Source: Phoronis australis
Taxonomy: Eukaryota > Animalia > Phoronida
NCBI GenBank assembly: GCA_002633005.1
Contig: NMRA01000417.1
Location: forward strand, 138,158-202,157
Direction: 5' to 3'
DNA length: 64,000 nucleotides
Shown here: positions 13,488 through 25,521 of the stretch, in pieces
Position numbering within the stretch: position 1 is the stretch's first letter
Layout: the number at the start of each line of letters is the position of its first letter
Made by a program: the position numbers and the translations under genes
Notes under the pieces: model-generated
The model's database searches: none
What the model was told of the DNA's origin: nothing
What the model saw: the letters and a program-made list of their open reading frames with translations, nothing else

Positions 13488-14837
13488 TCCTTTTTGGAAA
13501 GAAAAATGCATCACGTTTCAACAGGTAGTTATGAAAATACAACCTGACTGGCGGAAGATTGTCATGTTGATGCCATGATGCTCTCCAACCGAGATGCGAC
13601 AAAATATGATCTTACTTTTCGAAAACATAAATTTTACACAGACATATTCCTTCGTCGCGGCATATGGCAACGACCCAGTGCTTCCGAATCTCAACGTCCT
13701 TAGGGATTGTAAAACAAACAGTTGAGTGTCCATATTTTTTCTAGCCTTTCGAGCAACGCGGAATATAACTATGCCGATAAGCCAACAAAGCTATCGTAGC
13801 GAGCCTCGTTTTGGAACGCGCCTCCTGTTGGCGTGAATTAGTTCTATGTGATTGGTCCATATTTGTATGTTTGTAGATCTGTCTATTACGGTCTTTTATA
13901 CTCTGTCCAGTTGTGTTGCCTTAGTTATATCATAATATGATTGGTGTGTTTTATATTGCATTTTAAAAATGTTTGGAAGAATGTCATCCTTTTTTACTCT
14001 GGTGTCTGTTAGAATTAGAATGTTGGATTTTCTGCTGCATTTTTCATCATTGTAAAATTGCAGAGTTCAGTTTGGGTGTGAAAATGCTTTGAACATTTTT
14101 GCTTCTTTTGTACATTAACTGGGATAAGTGTAGAAGTGGGTCAAATGCAGATATGTAGCTTTTAGTTCATGGTCTGGCTAGCCCTGCACTTAGCTGATCT
14201 TTTATTTGGATTCCTGGAAAACAACCTTGTCAGCTAAGTCAACACAGGTATCTGGGTCAAATGTGGTGACCTGGAGTAACCCACAGAAGGAGGTAGTGAC
14301 ACCTGTAGTTATTATCTGGAGGTGTTGATGACAAGTTGTCATAGGGGCGTGTTTTTGATTATACATTTGTATTTATATTGCATGTGATGTTGGGCTTTAC
14401 TGTTACTTGTACCTTTGTAACTGTTGTCTCATTTATCTCTCTGTAGTCAAAACTTATATCCTTTCTTGCTTTCAATTTCTTATAGCATTAGTTTACAGAG
14501 TACTACCCAACATAGGTTGTATTTGGTCAGTACAGAACTATTTTAACTATTTCTTTCCAAGCTTGTTGATAACTGTTTGAACATCATATGATTGCTTATA
14601 TCTGATTGAATTGAAGATTGCGACTGCAATTCTTATTTTCTTTACAATTAAAAAGTTTGAAATTATACTTCATTTTGTTGAGGAGGGCTGTGATCAGGTA
14701 ATCCAATCATGTTCCAAGAGGTTGTAAATGTCACTTGTGCAGTCTCATCAGTGTAGTTAATGCTGCAAAGGTTATCCTTCATCATAGCTTTGTCTGTCTG
14801 TCTGTCTGTCTTGTTGCTGGGTCTGTGTATTATACAC

Positions 14838-14979
14838 TGACAGGTGGCTGGCATTAGTGGGTGTTGGTCTCGTACCATCTCACTCTAACCCTTACCTATG
14901 TACAATGCTACTACCTTCTACAGTGGGTGTTAGTGTTACACCATCTTATTCTCACCCTTACCTATGCGCACTGCTACTA
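14838..14979. repeat. ~65-bp minisatellite, left half (continues at 18225-18362)
   Basis: Unit gtgggtgttrgt..taccatct..ctaacccttacctatgtacactgctactacc is repeated here and again after 18224. Confidence 0.7.
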
Positions 14980-15237
14980 CAGTGCTCGACTTGATGACCT
15001 GCAGGTCACCAATGCAACCTCGGGTGATGTTTTGGAAAAATACCAAGTCACCACGAAGTTGCTACAGCGAGTATCAAAGTCAGACTATAAACCCCTGAAG
15101 TTTGTGTTGACTTACAAACTTTAAATTACAAACAGTTTTTGTAGATTTAATACCTTTAGTTCACAATTGTTCCATTTATCTCATGAAATCAGTGCATTTG
15201 CCACAACAGCAGTCAGCACACATCAGACACGTGATTA

Positions 15238-16657
15238 CCGTACTCGTCCGGGTTACCAACCAGGGCGCTTAAATTGGGAACCTAAAAAAACAGGCGGTAA
15301 GCCGAGCATGGGCGGTTAAAATTGTAATTTTTGAAGTCAGGAGTGGGTGCTTACTGCACAGAGGACCGATTTTACCCTCACGGAGCTACACTGATGTCAG
15401 ACTTCAAGCATAACAGTTCAAACATATGTTGGCGGATTGAAATAACGGACTTCCACTCCCTGAAGTGGAAGAGCGCACACAATGCAGGGTGTCGTGATCC
15501 CGAGCGTGATTGGGTTTTTTACGTACCTCTGTCGCTGCTGGTCATCTCTCCTGTATTCCTAAAGGTAGGTGTGCATTCAGTAGGGCAAGTTTCTTCATAG
15601 AAAAGGCAAATCAACCAAGACTCTGCTAGTGGGCTGCATATTTATAAGGGAAGCACCTGATTTTGTAGATTTGCTCCCTGCCAGACACTTTGGCAACCAA
15701 AGCACTGCTAATGATTGACAGGCCTCAGTTCTTTTAAGAACATTAAAATGCTTTGAGCCTAGTTTGAAAAATGAAACACTATATACATTGTATATTTCTT
15801 TTTGAGTTGAACCCACACCACTCTTGTTCAGAGCACATGCTCAACAATCGGAGCTAGGTCGGCTGAAAAAATGAAGCAAAAACACATCCTGTAAAAAGAC
15901 ATCAGGCAAATCAAGAGATCAAAAAATAAGTTTTTGACCACGTGGATGTGGTTAGAATGTTTGACTTGCACTTAGTAAAAAGTTGATTTCTTGCGCTGTT
16001 GCTTTTGGTTGGGAGCTTCCATTTTGGTTTCAGCCCTTCCATTTTGGTGTGGATAGTGAGCCATTAAAAACACAAGTTGGCTTGTCACAATGGCTCGTGT
16101 CTGTTTGTATTTAAAACAATGCGTCCAAAATAATGTTGGTGTGGTCCTGCTTTTTCTTATTTCATTGCTCAGGGTGCTGATGTTTCGTGTACTGTCACGG
16201 CACGTACGGGGAATCACAGAAAGGTAGAACGCCCACTTCAAATTCTTGTCTAGTACCGTTTTGATTATTCTTCCACGGCAATGAAATACATTCGACAAGC
16301 CCTGTCTCAGTAGTCAGTAAATACTGACACGAGTTCCACGCGTGAGCCAAATGAAATACCGGTAATCGTGTCTCCTTCAATAAAGTGCATGAGAATACGG
16401 GTATTTTACTGCCATAGTAAGGCAAGTTCCAGGTTTCGCTAAAACTGATTGATTGTCCCTGAAAGGTAAGCGAGTTGCGCACATTTTGGAATCTTAGTTT
16501 TGTGCGATGAACGTTCACAGAAGCACAGACAATTATAAGAAAGTCTTGATCATGAAAAATTGGGGCTGGGCGTAAGCAGACCATGGGCGCTTAAAAATGA
16601 AAATTTGAAAATTTCGGGGTGGGCGGTAAGCATGGGCGGTTACCCGGACGAGTACGG
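15238..16657. mobile_element. Non-autonomous Tc1/mariner (pogo/Tigger-like) element
   Basis: TA|CCGTACTCGTCCGGGT...ACCCGGACGAGTACGG|TA perfect TIR, with repeated GGGCGGT(A/T)A subterminal motifs. Confidence 0.85.
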
Positions 16658-16810
16658 TAAATTACAACAGGAAGTTAACACACGGAGGTTGGAATAGTTC
16701 CGCAAAAATAGGGCAAGATCAGTGAAACATGCCTCTCCAGTGTATGTGATCGTCTGTGTTCCATCTTTGTTGGCTGGAAGAATTGAGTCAGAGAATGAAT
16801 GGTACATATA

Positions 16811-18044
16811 CGAGGGTCGTTCAATAAGTTCTCGGCCTCACCCAGAAAGCAACGCGATAGCCACTAATATAATCTCCCGTTACATCAATGCATTTCTTCC
16901 ATCTGTGCTCCAGTTTTGCAATGCCTTTGTAAGAGAAATTTTTGTCGAGCCCCTCAAAATACTCCTCCACTGCACTCATGACGTCATCTTCGCTCACATA
17001 CTGGCGTCCACGCAGGTAGGCCTTCAAATGTAGAAACAAATAAAAATCAGCCAGGGCCAGGTGTGGAGAATAGGCTTCAGCCACCGCAACTTGAGCAGTA
17101 TGGGCAGGTGTGTTGTCTTGAAGCAACAGCACTCCATCCCGAAACTTCCTGCGTCTCTTTTCCTTGATTGCTTTTTTTGAGTTTTTCCAAAAGTGATGCA
17201 TAGTAATTCCCAGTAACAGTGTGTCCTCGTTGCAAGTAATCGATCATCAGAATACCTTCGCTGTCCCAGAACACAGAGGCCATAGCTGCTTGCAGAGGCA
17301 CCCAACTTGAACTTTCTCGTGCTTGGGGAACCCATGTGCTTCCATTGTTTACTTTGTTGTTTTGATTCGTGGTCAAAATGGTGGACCCATGTCTCATCCT
17401 GGTTTACAAGTCTTATGGAAAATTTAGCTAGATCTGCTTGGAATCTTTCTAGAATTTCCTTTGAACTTTCCATTCTGCTGATTTTCTGATCCTGAGTGTA
17501 CATTCTTGGCACCCATCGTATATTCAGCTTACTCATGCCCAAATCTTCACTCAAAATTTTAGAGACGGACTCATTACTGATGCCAACAATGTTTGCGAAA
17601 TGTTGAACAGTCATTCGCCTGTCTTTCATAACCATTGCATGAATTTTCTACCCATTTTCACAGGAGGTCGACAATTTGGGACGTCCTGGACGAGGGTCAT
17701 CTTCAACGCTTTCTCTACCCCTCTTGAAACAAGCTGACCACTTTTTTTACTGTGGAGTAGCTCGCGGAGTCTGTTTCTAGTGTTTTTTGCATCTCTTCAT
17801 GAATATCTTTTGGTTTCATTCTTTTTTTACCCAAATACTTTCTGATGGCTCTTGTCTCCGTTTTCTCCATGCTGCTAAATGTGTTGTCGTCTGCTTTTTT
17901 GAAGCAGCGCCACCTAGCGGCAGTTAACCGTATTAATTCAGCATGAGCACAGTACTATTATAAAAGATGAAATATTACTATGGTATGAAAAATTTAACTT
18001 GCGTCCCTGTTTTTTGGTCAGGCCGAGAACTTGAACAACCCTCG
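16811..18044 (-). mobile_element. Mariner transposon, full length, decayed
   Basis: TA|CGAGGGTCGTTCAATAAGTTCTCGGCCT...AGGCCGAGAACTTGAACAACCCTCG|TA, 1234 bp. Confidence 0.95.
16865..17870 (-). pseudogene. Frameshifted mariner transposase
   Basis: Starts MEKTETRAIRKYL at 17870. Motifs WVPRM, DETWVH, LLQDNTPAH and YSPHLALADF are spread over different frames. Confidence 0.93.
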
Positions 18045-18224
18045 TATCTTATGGGGAGAAATTGAAGAGTCATGCAGCATAAGTTTCGGAGAATGGCACA
18101 ATCTTTTTTCAGTTGATGAATCTGAAGGATGTCAGTTTTGGCAACCTCAGTTTTTGTTAGGCGACCTGGTATTTTAGCTAAGTCATCAAATATGACTTGG
18201 GGTCAAGCTAAGTGTTGAGTGCTG

Positions 18225-18362
18225 TACTACCATGTACCGTGGGTGTTTACAGGTCTCGTACCATCTCACACTAACCCTTATCTATGTACACTGCTACTAC
18301 CTTGTACAGGGGATGTTAGTCTTGTACCATTCGTCTAACCCTTGCATATACACACTAATACT
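18225..18362. repeat. ~65-bp minisatellite, right half
   Basis: Same unit as 14838-14979. Confidence 0.7.
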
Positions 18363-20172
18363 AGATCTGTAGGATCACTGTGGTAATGAAAAATGCAAGG
18401 AGCTCATAGTGGACCTCCTTCATGAACTTTGGTGTTTCTTGTGTAATTTACACATTCGTAATTCTCATGTCGTTCTTTTGTTTACCGAAAATTATAATCC
18501 TACAAGATTTGTTGGGACTAACTGTGGGCCTGTCTTGTTCAATGCACTCTTTGCAATGGACAAGCTCAGGTACATGGCTTTTCATTCTTTCTGAAAGCCA
18601 CACAGTTCTGTTTCTAGTTTCACATATGAAATATTGTGTATGACAATTAGAATGGAGTTGTGGCACAAGTGTGGCCGAAAAATGGTTAGAGGGAATTGGC
18701 AAACTTAACTGATGATGATGTAATGTTAAAAACAGATTTCTAAATTTGCTATCTCTATTTGAAAATGAAAATAAAAATAAGGACCTCTAGAAATAAGCTG
18801 TATGAATAAACGTAGGTTTTTATCAAAATGTGGTGTAGATGCGTATGTACAATTGTAAGTTGAAAAATTCCATGATTTTAATTTCATTGATGACTAGGTC
18901 CGCAGGGACCTGTTTATGAGGATATTGAACTCTGATGTGCATTCATCTTCTGTATATATTAAACATTTGTGTACAACAACCACTATTGAAGTAGCTCTGA
19001 CCCAATGTAGGACTATCAGAGGCCATCTTCATGCAACTATCTGGAGTCCAATAAGCTGTAAAAAATCTGTCTAATTGGCTTTCCGGTCTCATCTCTTTGG
19101 AAGATTATTTTGTACCATTAATGACTACCAGGCTCAGCTGGTCCATACCAAGACACAGTCCTATCAGGCTATACATGCAGGACTTGGCCAGCTTTTAGAG
19201 GTTCAGTCGTTAATTAGCAGCTTTAAAATCAGAAACAGCTTTTCATTTATTTTTTTAGCTCATTTGGGGGTCCTGATTTACAATTCAGTAACTGATAGGA
19301 TCTTGGAGGTCCTTTTTTGTATCTGACAAGTCTTTATATTGAATTTTTCAGGCTTTTGACAAAATATTTTATTGTTTGTGAAGTTTCACACATAATTGAA
19401 TGAATAAATATAAATACAGGCATAAAAGTATTCTACGCTCATCCACTGCTCCAAATGGTGCTGTGCTGTTGAGCAATTACAGTACTACTGAACTTTTGTC
19501 TCTGGTATATCTGATCAGACAGCGGAAACGATGACTTTTGCTATCAAGGATCAAATTTCTTTAGTTGTGAATCTATGAAACTATGTTTTGTAACCTTCGT
19601 TGATCACAGAAACTTGTGAAGTGCTTGGAAATAACGCGTAGATGTATGTAATCATGTGTCTGGGTTTTTTCTTAAAAGCACAATTCTTACCACGATCGTC
19701 TTTTTTCACACAAAACCAACATACTTTATTTAGATCTTTACTCTAGTAACTGCCTAAGCATGCCTGGGATTTTCTGTTAAGGCTGAGATTTTGTTAAGAG
19801 TCAAGACATTGTAATTGTTGGAAGTCATTTTTGGCAGCCAAGTTCTCAGATTTGAAGACCTTGGGCCAATTCCAAGAAACTGACTTAAGTTTATTTTTTA
19901 CTTAAGTCTAAGGTTAGTCTCAATTTCCAAACTTTGAAACTTTCACATCCAGCAAGATAATCAAAGTTAAGACAAAAGTTAAGTAAAAAAGTTTAGATCT
20001 CTTCCTTGAAACGGACTTGAGACAAACTTAAGTTTTATCTTAAAATTGACTGGAATTTAAGATTTGTTTTCCCTTATCTCAAGTGGTTAATATAGTTCAC
20101 TTGAAATATATACCTAATTAAGTAAGATGTAAGGTATCTTATTTTGTTTAGTTGTTTTTTTATTCAAATTTG

Positions 20173-20390
20173 TATGTGCCCACATACTTATATGTGGGCA
20201 CATTATGCCGTCATACCTGTTTGTCCGTCTGGCATCTGTCCAGCGTCTGCTGCTCTATCTCCAAAACCCTTTCATCTATGTCTATGTTCCTTTCATAGAT
20301 GGTATGGCATAGCCAGTAAGTTTATTTTCAGATGGATCGGACTACTGGTGTGTTCCCTAGTGACAATTTTTTTTCGTTTAAGCGACTTAA
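20173..20390 (+). mobile_element. 5' fragment of the HINE family
   Basis: atgtgcccacatacttatatgtgggcacattatgccgtcat...ccgtc... followed by part of the first core unit. Confidence 0.75.
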
Positions 20391-22623
20391 AATTGCTGAT
20401 TTCAAGTTGGCCTGACCAAGACATTAAGTGCAGCTCCACAGTGTGGCCCTCCACTTACACTATCATGTTTATTGCAGCATGATAGAGAGCTATTATTTAG
20501 TAAACACCCATTAATTGAGGTAGCCAGATCTCCATTTAGCTCTGGCTGTGTTGGTACTGTCATTATTGCAGGGACTGTGTTATTGATCAGTTCAGTCTGT
20601 GCTGTGAAGGTGAACCACTCTTGCAGAGGTAAACATTAATTGGTTGATGGACGCAACCAGCCTCAAGTTTCATCTCTTACTCACTTACTTCTGAGGGGTG
20701 TTCTGAATGAAATGAAACAATACTCATCATTTCCGTGGACAGTCGCTGTGTCTTCTTTCGTTATGGATTTTAAGTTGGAGAAAACACTAAGTGCTTTGTT
20801 GAACTTGTCATTTTCTAGTGAGCCTACCTGGTTAATGCATTGGAGTGTGCAGTTTGCCACTGCGCTCCCTGATGATATAATGAGACTCCCAATCAGTGTA
20901 TGAGGTTATATTTAGGTTAAGCTAGACCAGAACTCCTCTGCCTCTGACTGTTGACTTCCATCTTTTGCTCAGTCAACCATTGGTGGAGTACCTTTAAGTT
21001 ACTGGTCTGGCGTTGAATGGATGGCTGTGTGTGACTGACAATCATGCAGCCTAATCCATGGAATAGCAGGCAGAGTTCCTATGGCGCTACCTTCGGTAGT
21101 AACAATAATAACTATGTATCGTACCGATTGAACCCTTATACAGGCATGAGAGAGCCGGATCATGGACCGTACTACAACACTGTCTATAACTTTGGGTGAG
21201 CATTTTGTTGTTTTGTGAACAGTTTAAAGAAGAAGGAATGGGAAGTTACGTTTTTTCAAAACCTGTCATTTAGTAATTCCATAACTTTGTTGTTCTTACT
21301 AATGTGATGTGATTGCATTTCACAAAGTTTTAGTTCAGTCTGATTTTCTGACAGTGTGAAATGTTCAATAGTTGTTGTTGGCATCTCAAAATGTCAATTC
21401 ACGTTCGATCTGTTTTAGTGTGTAGAATGGTTTGTCTGTGTATCATTGGTTACCAATATCACACTGACTGATTTGGTAATACAGAGACCATGCGAGAAAG
21501 ATAATGGTGCTAAAAAATTACTGTGCGTATCTTGTTTCGAGAGATGTCCCTTTGAAAATGGTCTTCCGTGAGACATTATATATCTGGCTGCACCCACATA
21601 TTTATATGTGGACGCATTATGCCGTCATCTGCGTCCGTCTGTCCGGTATCCGTCCGTCTTGCATCCGCTGCTCTATCTCCAAAACACCTTTACGTATGTT
21701 CATGAAATTTTGCACATGTGTTCCTTCTGTGGATGGGACGGCATGAGCGAACTTTCAGACGGTTCCGAATACCGGTGTGTCCCCTAGTGGCAATTTTAGT
21801 TTTTTACTTTTACCTCTGTATCTTCAAAGGTCCTGAAAGTATTTTCATAAAATTTGGTATTTAGGCACCTATTAGGGAGATGACGCTATCCTCCCGTTTT
21901 CGGATGGATTTGATGTAGTTTGCGCCACCTAGTGGTCATTTGTACTATTTTTGATTCTGTTTCTTTGCGTCCACCCCTCTACCAACCAAACCGCTCAAAG
22001 GATGATTGTGAAAATTGGCATGTATGTTCTTATTATAAAGTGGACGGCTGACGATGATTTTCAGACGACTTCGACTACGGTGGCGCCTCTTAGTGGCACT
22101 TTAGTTTTTTTTATACCAATGGCTGTATCCACTAAACCATTCGTAGGATCTTTACTAAATTTAGTAACTGTATTGATATGATGTTAACAACAGAGGACGA
22201 CGACTTTCAGACGGATCTGAATACTGGTGTGCCACCTAGTGGCAATTTTATTTTTTTTATGTTTACCTCTGTATGTTCCAAGGTCTTCAACGTATTTTCA
22301 TAAATTTTTGCATACAGGCATCTGTTAATGAGGTGACGCTATCTCTTCATTTTCAGATGGATTCGGCCTAGTTTGCACCTCCTAGTGGCCATTTTTACTG
22401 ATTTCGAGTCCGTTTTTTGGCGTCCACTCATCTGTCAACCAAGCGGCTTTCAGGATAATTGTGGAAATTTCCATGTATGTGTTTACTATTAAATTTACGG
22501 CTGACGACGATTTTCTGACGAGTTCAACTACTGTGGCGCCTCCTAGTGCCAGTTTTGTTGCTTTTGCGCTGAATTGGCTGTATCTATTAAACCATTTGCA
22601 GGATCTTTACTTAATTTAGCAAG

Positions 22624-22837
22624 TTCAAGAAAACAACAACGGTTTTAAAACTTGACATGTTTCGGTGTCATTTATTAAACACCATCCTCAGAAGTCGTAA
22701 TACGGTGGCCACCTAGCTAGGCCCAGCAACAAGTAATGAAGCACAGATACAGTCAGTTACAGGGACACCGAAACATGTCAAGTTTTAAAACCGTTGTTGT
22801 TTTCTTGAATATATGCTGCTACTTGCTATCATGGAAA
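22624..22837. mobile_element. Mini Penelope-like insertion (inverted pLTR fragments) inside the HINE
   Basis: TSD AATTTAGCAAG at 22613-22623 and 22838-22848. Perfect 46-bp inverted repeat 22624-22669/22764-22809. Sequence matches the ends of the GIY-YIG element at 39248-40263. Confidence 0.85.
22650..22695 (-). ncRNA. Minimal type I hammerhead ribozyme (Penelope-associated)
   Basis: Minus strand ACTT-CTGAGGA-T-GGTGT(ttaataaatg)ACACC-GAAA-CATG-TC-AAGT. Intact CUGANGA/GAAA core, helix II, palindromic CAUG cap on helix III, GUC cleavage triplet, helix I ACTT/AAGT. Confidence 0.8.
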
Positions 22838-24282
22838 AATTTAGCAAGTGTATTTATATGATGTTGGCAATAGACGACGCCTTTTGGACGGTTCTGACTT
22901 CTGGTGTGCCCCGTAGTGGCAATTTTAGTTTTTTATGTTTACCAGTCTGTATCTTCAAAAGTTCTCAACAGATTTTCATAAAATTTTGATTATAGGCATC
23001 TGTTGGTGAGATGACACTATCATCCTGTTTTTAGATGGAATTGAGATATTTTGCGCCACCTGGTGGCCATTTTTTGCTGTTTTCAAATCTTGTTGACGTC
23101 CACCCTTCGATCAACCAAATCATTCTAGGGATGGTTTTGAAAATTGGCGTACATGTTTTCAGTGTGAAGAGGACGTTTGATCATGGTGACTGACTACTGT
23201 GGCACCTCCTAGTGGTAGTTTTGTTTTGTTTTGCGCCCACAGCTGTATCTTCAAAACCCACTACAGGATCTTTATTAAATTTAGTAAGTGACTTTATATG
23301 AAGATAACAGACGACGACTCAGGCGGATGGAACGGACGCTGTGCCCACAAGTGGCAATTTCATTTTGTTCTTTTTTCCTTTGTTTCTCTGAAGTTCCTTG
23401 ACAGATTTTTATGAAATATGGCTTGTTCCCGTTTTTGGGTGGAATGTACGTTTTTGCGCCATCTAGTGGCCATTTTTATGATACAAATAACCCTAAAAGC
23501 ACACCATTTGCGATACATTCGTGGGCGCATTTCAACGCTCTGCGTTGCTCTTGGTAATTTTCCTGAGACTTCTCACATTGTTTTGTGTTCCTACATTTTT
23601 TAACTCAAAGTATTGTTTGGTGGCAGCTATGTTAAGAACTTAATAGGGATATTTACCATTTATTTAGTGTTACTAATCTAAGGCTATTCTTCTCTACCAT
23701 GTTGCGTACTAAAGTGGTGAAATTTTACTATACGTAGTGATAGTATAAGAGTAGGTCTAGAACTTAGTGCATGTCTTGCACAAGATTCTTGCACAAGAAA
23801 TCTTTGCGTAACAGAAGTAGTGAGTGTAGGTGTTCATGTAGTCCTCGACTGTGTTCTGTAGACCCAAAAACATTAGCCATGCACTTGTAGCCAGCCTCAC
23901 CTTCCAATCAATTCAGTGACTCATTTTGCTAGGTAATGGTAGCAAGGTTTCACGTTCTTGCAGAGCACTGCCTTTCACTCCTGTGATTTTTCAAGGGCTG
24001 TGGAAGGCACCTTTGATCTGTCATGTAGTCAATTGTTTTGTAACATTACATAATGTACTTGAATATGACTTGTTGTGACTGGATCAATTCTGTCTGCAAG
24101 TTGAAGCAGTGACTTGTTGATGGTGTGACTGGGATCCAAGTTGTTTACACTGGCCATGGAGTTGAAGGGAGGAGGCACTGTGGTCTAACATGATAGGTGT
24201 CCTCTTTCTTTACTCAAGGTCCCACTGGGTCACATTGCTTAACCCTTGATTCAGGTTTCTAGCTCAGTCCTTTTTTGAACTA

Positions 24283-25320
24283 CCGTATTAACCGTAATAA
24301 GCGCCCATGTCCTTATAAGCACCCCCCACGCGTTTTCAATGCCCAGTCCATGAACGTCGTGTACATGTGAAAAATGCCTTACCTAAGTTCTAAAATTCTA
24401 CAGTAACGTCTTCAATTAAAAAGATCTGACAGTCCTGAAAAAATCATTGGGCGCGGATTATGCCTGGCCTTTTAGAACAGACGCAACGTACTTGTCAAAG
24501 GGATTGTCAATTGTATCTTTCCCATAGAGATCTCTTCCCTCAACAGGAATCCCAAATTTCTTTGTATACCTGAAAACTGCGAATCGAAGACTAATAAAGG
24601 CTTTACCTTAGTTAAAAGCATGTGGACACGAAGTGTGCGCTACATACAAGTACCTGTCATCGAAGGTTAGTCTTCGGGAACTACACATGAAACAGCATAG
24701 CATCGGCAAGAACTAAATACTAGCACTTATTTCCAAAAGTTTCTAATACCGTAAAAAACGTTTGCATTATTTTTAGGAGGAACATCCCATAAGGCATTTC
24801 CCATGAAGATTTCGGGAAATTTTAGGATATGTGGACACACAACACTAAATTCTTAATTACTTCTTTAATTATGAAGAGATCTCCATGAAATTTTCAGGAA
24901 GTGTAGCCAGGTTACCAAATGCATCTTCATTGTTAAATTTGTACAGTGGCTTAAATTACTTGCATTTTAATCATTTTGCCTGAGAAAATCACCTCGTGAA
25001 AGGCAAGTGACTACCATATTCGCCGTAATAACCAACCAGGGCGCTTAGAAAAGTTCGGTTCAGGGAGTGGGCACTTATTATAACCCAAGGTGGTTGAAAC
25101 CCGGTCTCCGAAACGGGTGAAATCGGAAGCTAAGATTCATCAAATTTACGCTCTGTGACGTATATGTAATCTATGAAAGACTTTCAACAAAACTGTGGTG
25201 CATTGCTATCAAACTTTGCTGCTAAATTACGATCATTTTACAGAAAATTGTGCTGAAATCCCAGGGCGAAAACTCGCCGACTGACTGCCTCGAAATCGTC
25301 GTCTTTGATATGGCGACTTC
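24283..25320. mobile_element. Remnants of TA|CCGTA-type (pogo/Tigger-like) non-autonomous elements
   Basis: TA|CCGTATTAACCGTAATAAGCGCCC at 24281 and a related end at ~25012. Matching right ends not found. Confidence 0.45.
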
Positions 25321-25325
25321 AATGC

Positions 25326-25513
25326 TTGTTTTCCTTTGTTTCTCTGAAGTTCCTTGACAGATTTTTATGAAATATGGCATGTTCCCGTTCCTGGATGGAT
25401 TTTACGTTTTGCGCCATCTAGTGGCCATTTTTATGATTCAAATAAATAACCCTAAAAGCACACCATTTGTGATGCGTTCGTGAGCGCATTTCAACGCTCT
25501 GCGTTGCTCTTGT
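25326..25513 (+). mobile_element. 3' fragment of the HINE family
   Basis: Closely matches 23365-23553, including the terminal hairpin. Confidence 0.8.
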
Positions 25514-25521
25514 TTATTATG

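Larger units (their letters stand above)
8467..13845 (-). mobile_element. Older copy of an AT-TSD TIR transposon (ISL2EU/Harbinger-group-like), split by nested insertions
   Basis: 8467-8625 and 12527-13845 are reverse-complement matches to the ends and interior of the 8761-9799 element. Right end ...GGCGTGAATTAGTTCT|AT. THAP-like remnant near 13660-13760. Confidence 0.75.
14980..18224. mobile_element. hAT-like MITE (~0.6 kb net) carrying two nested Tc1/mariner elements
   Basis: Termini CAGTGCTCGAC...GTTGAGTGCTG. Imperfect 8-bp TSD tgctacta/tactacca. Splits a minisatellite. Confidence 0.55.
21589..23553 (+). mobile_element. Near full-length HINE copy with 11 core units
   Basis: 5' cacccacatatttatatgtggacgcattatgccgtc, GTCC microsatellite, ~150-bp units in a ~452-bp trimer, 3' gtgggcgcatttcaacgctctgcgttgctcttg. 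Confidence 0.9.

Noticed and set aside
14982-15124. Possible exon ARLDDLQVTNATSGDVLEK after ctactacag
   Set aside because: The CAG is the start of the hAT-like TIR, there is no polypyrimidine tract, and no compatible strong donor.
19860-20050. Palindrome-rich CTTAAG region, possible Harbinger-type MITE
   Set aside because: Termini too degenerate to define a TIR or TSD.
20144-22181. Many 60-110 aa ORFs with shared peptides such as STTVAPPSG
   Set aside because: They are translations of the non-coding HINE core, with frames not conserved between copies.
21775-23470. Regularly spaced short conserved motif resembling a CRISPR array
   Set aside because: The intervening sequences are homologous to each other, the spacing is ~150 bp, the context is eukaryotic, and there are no cas genes.
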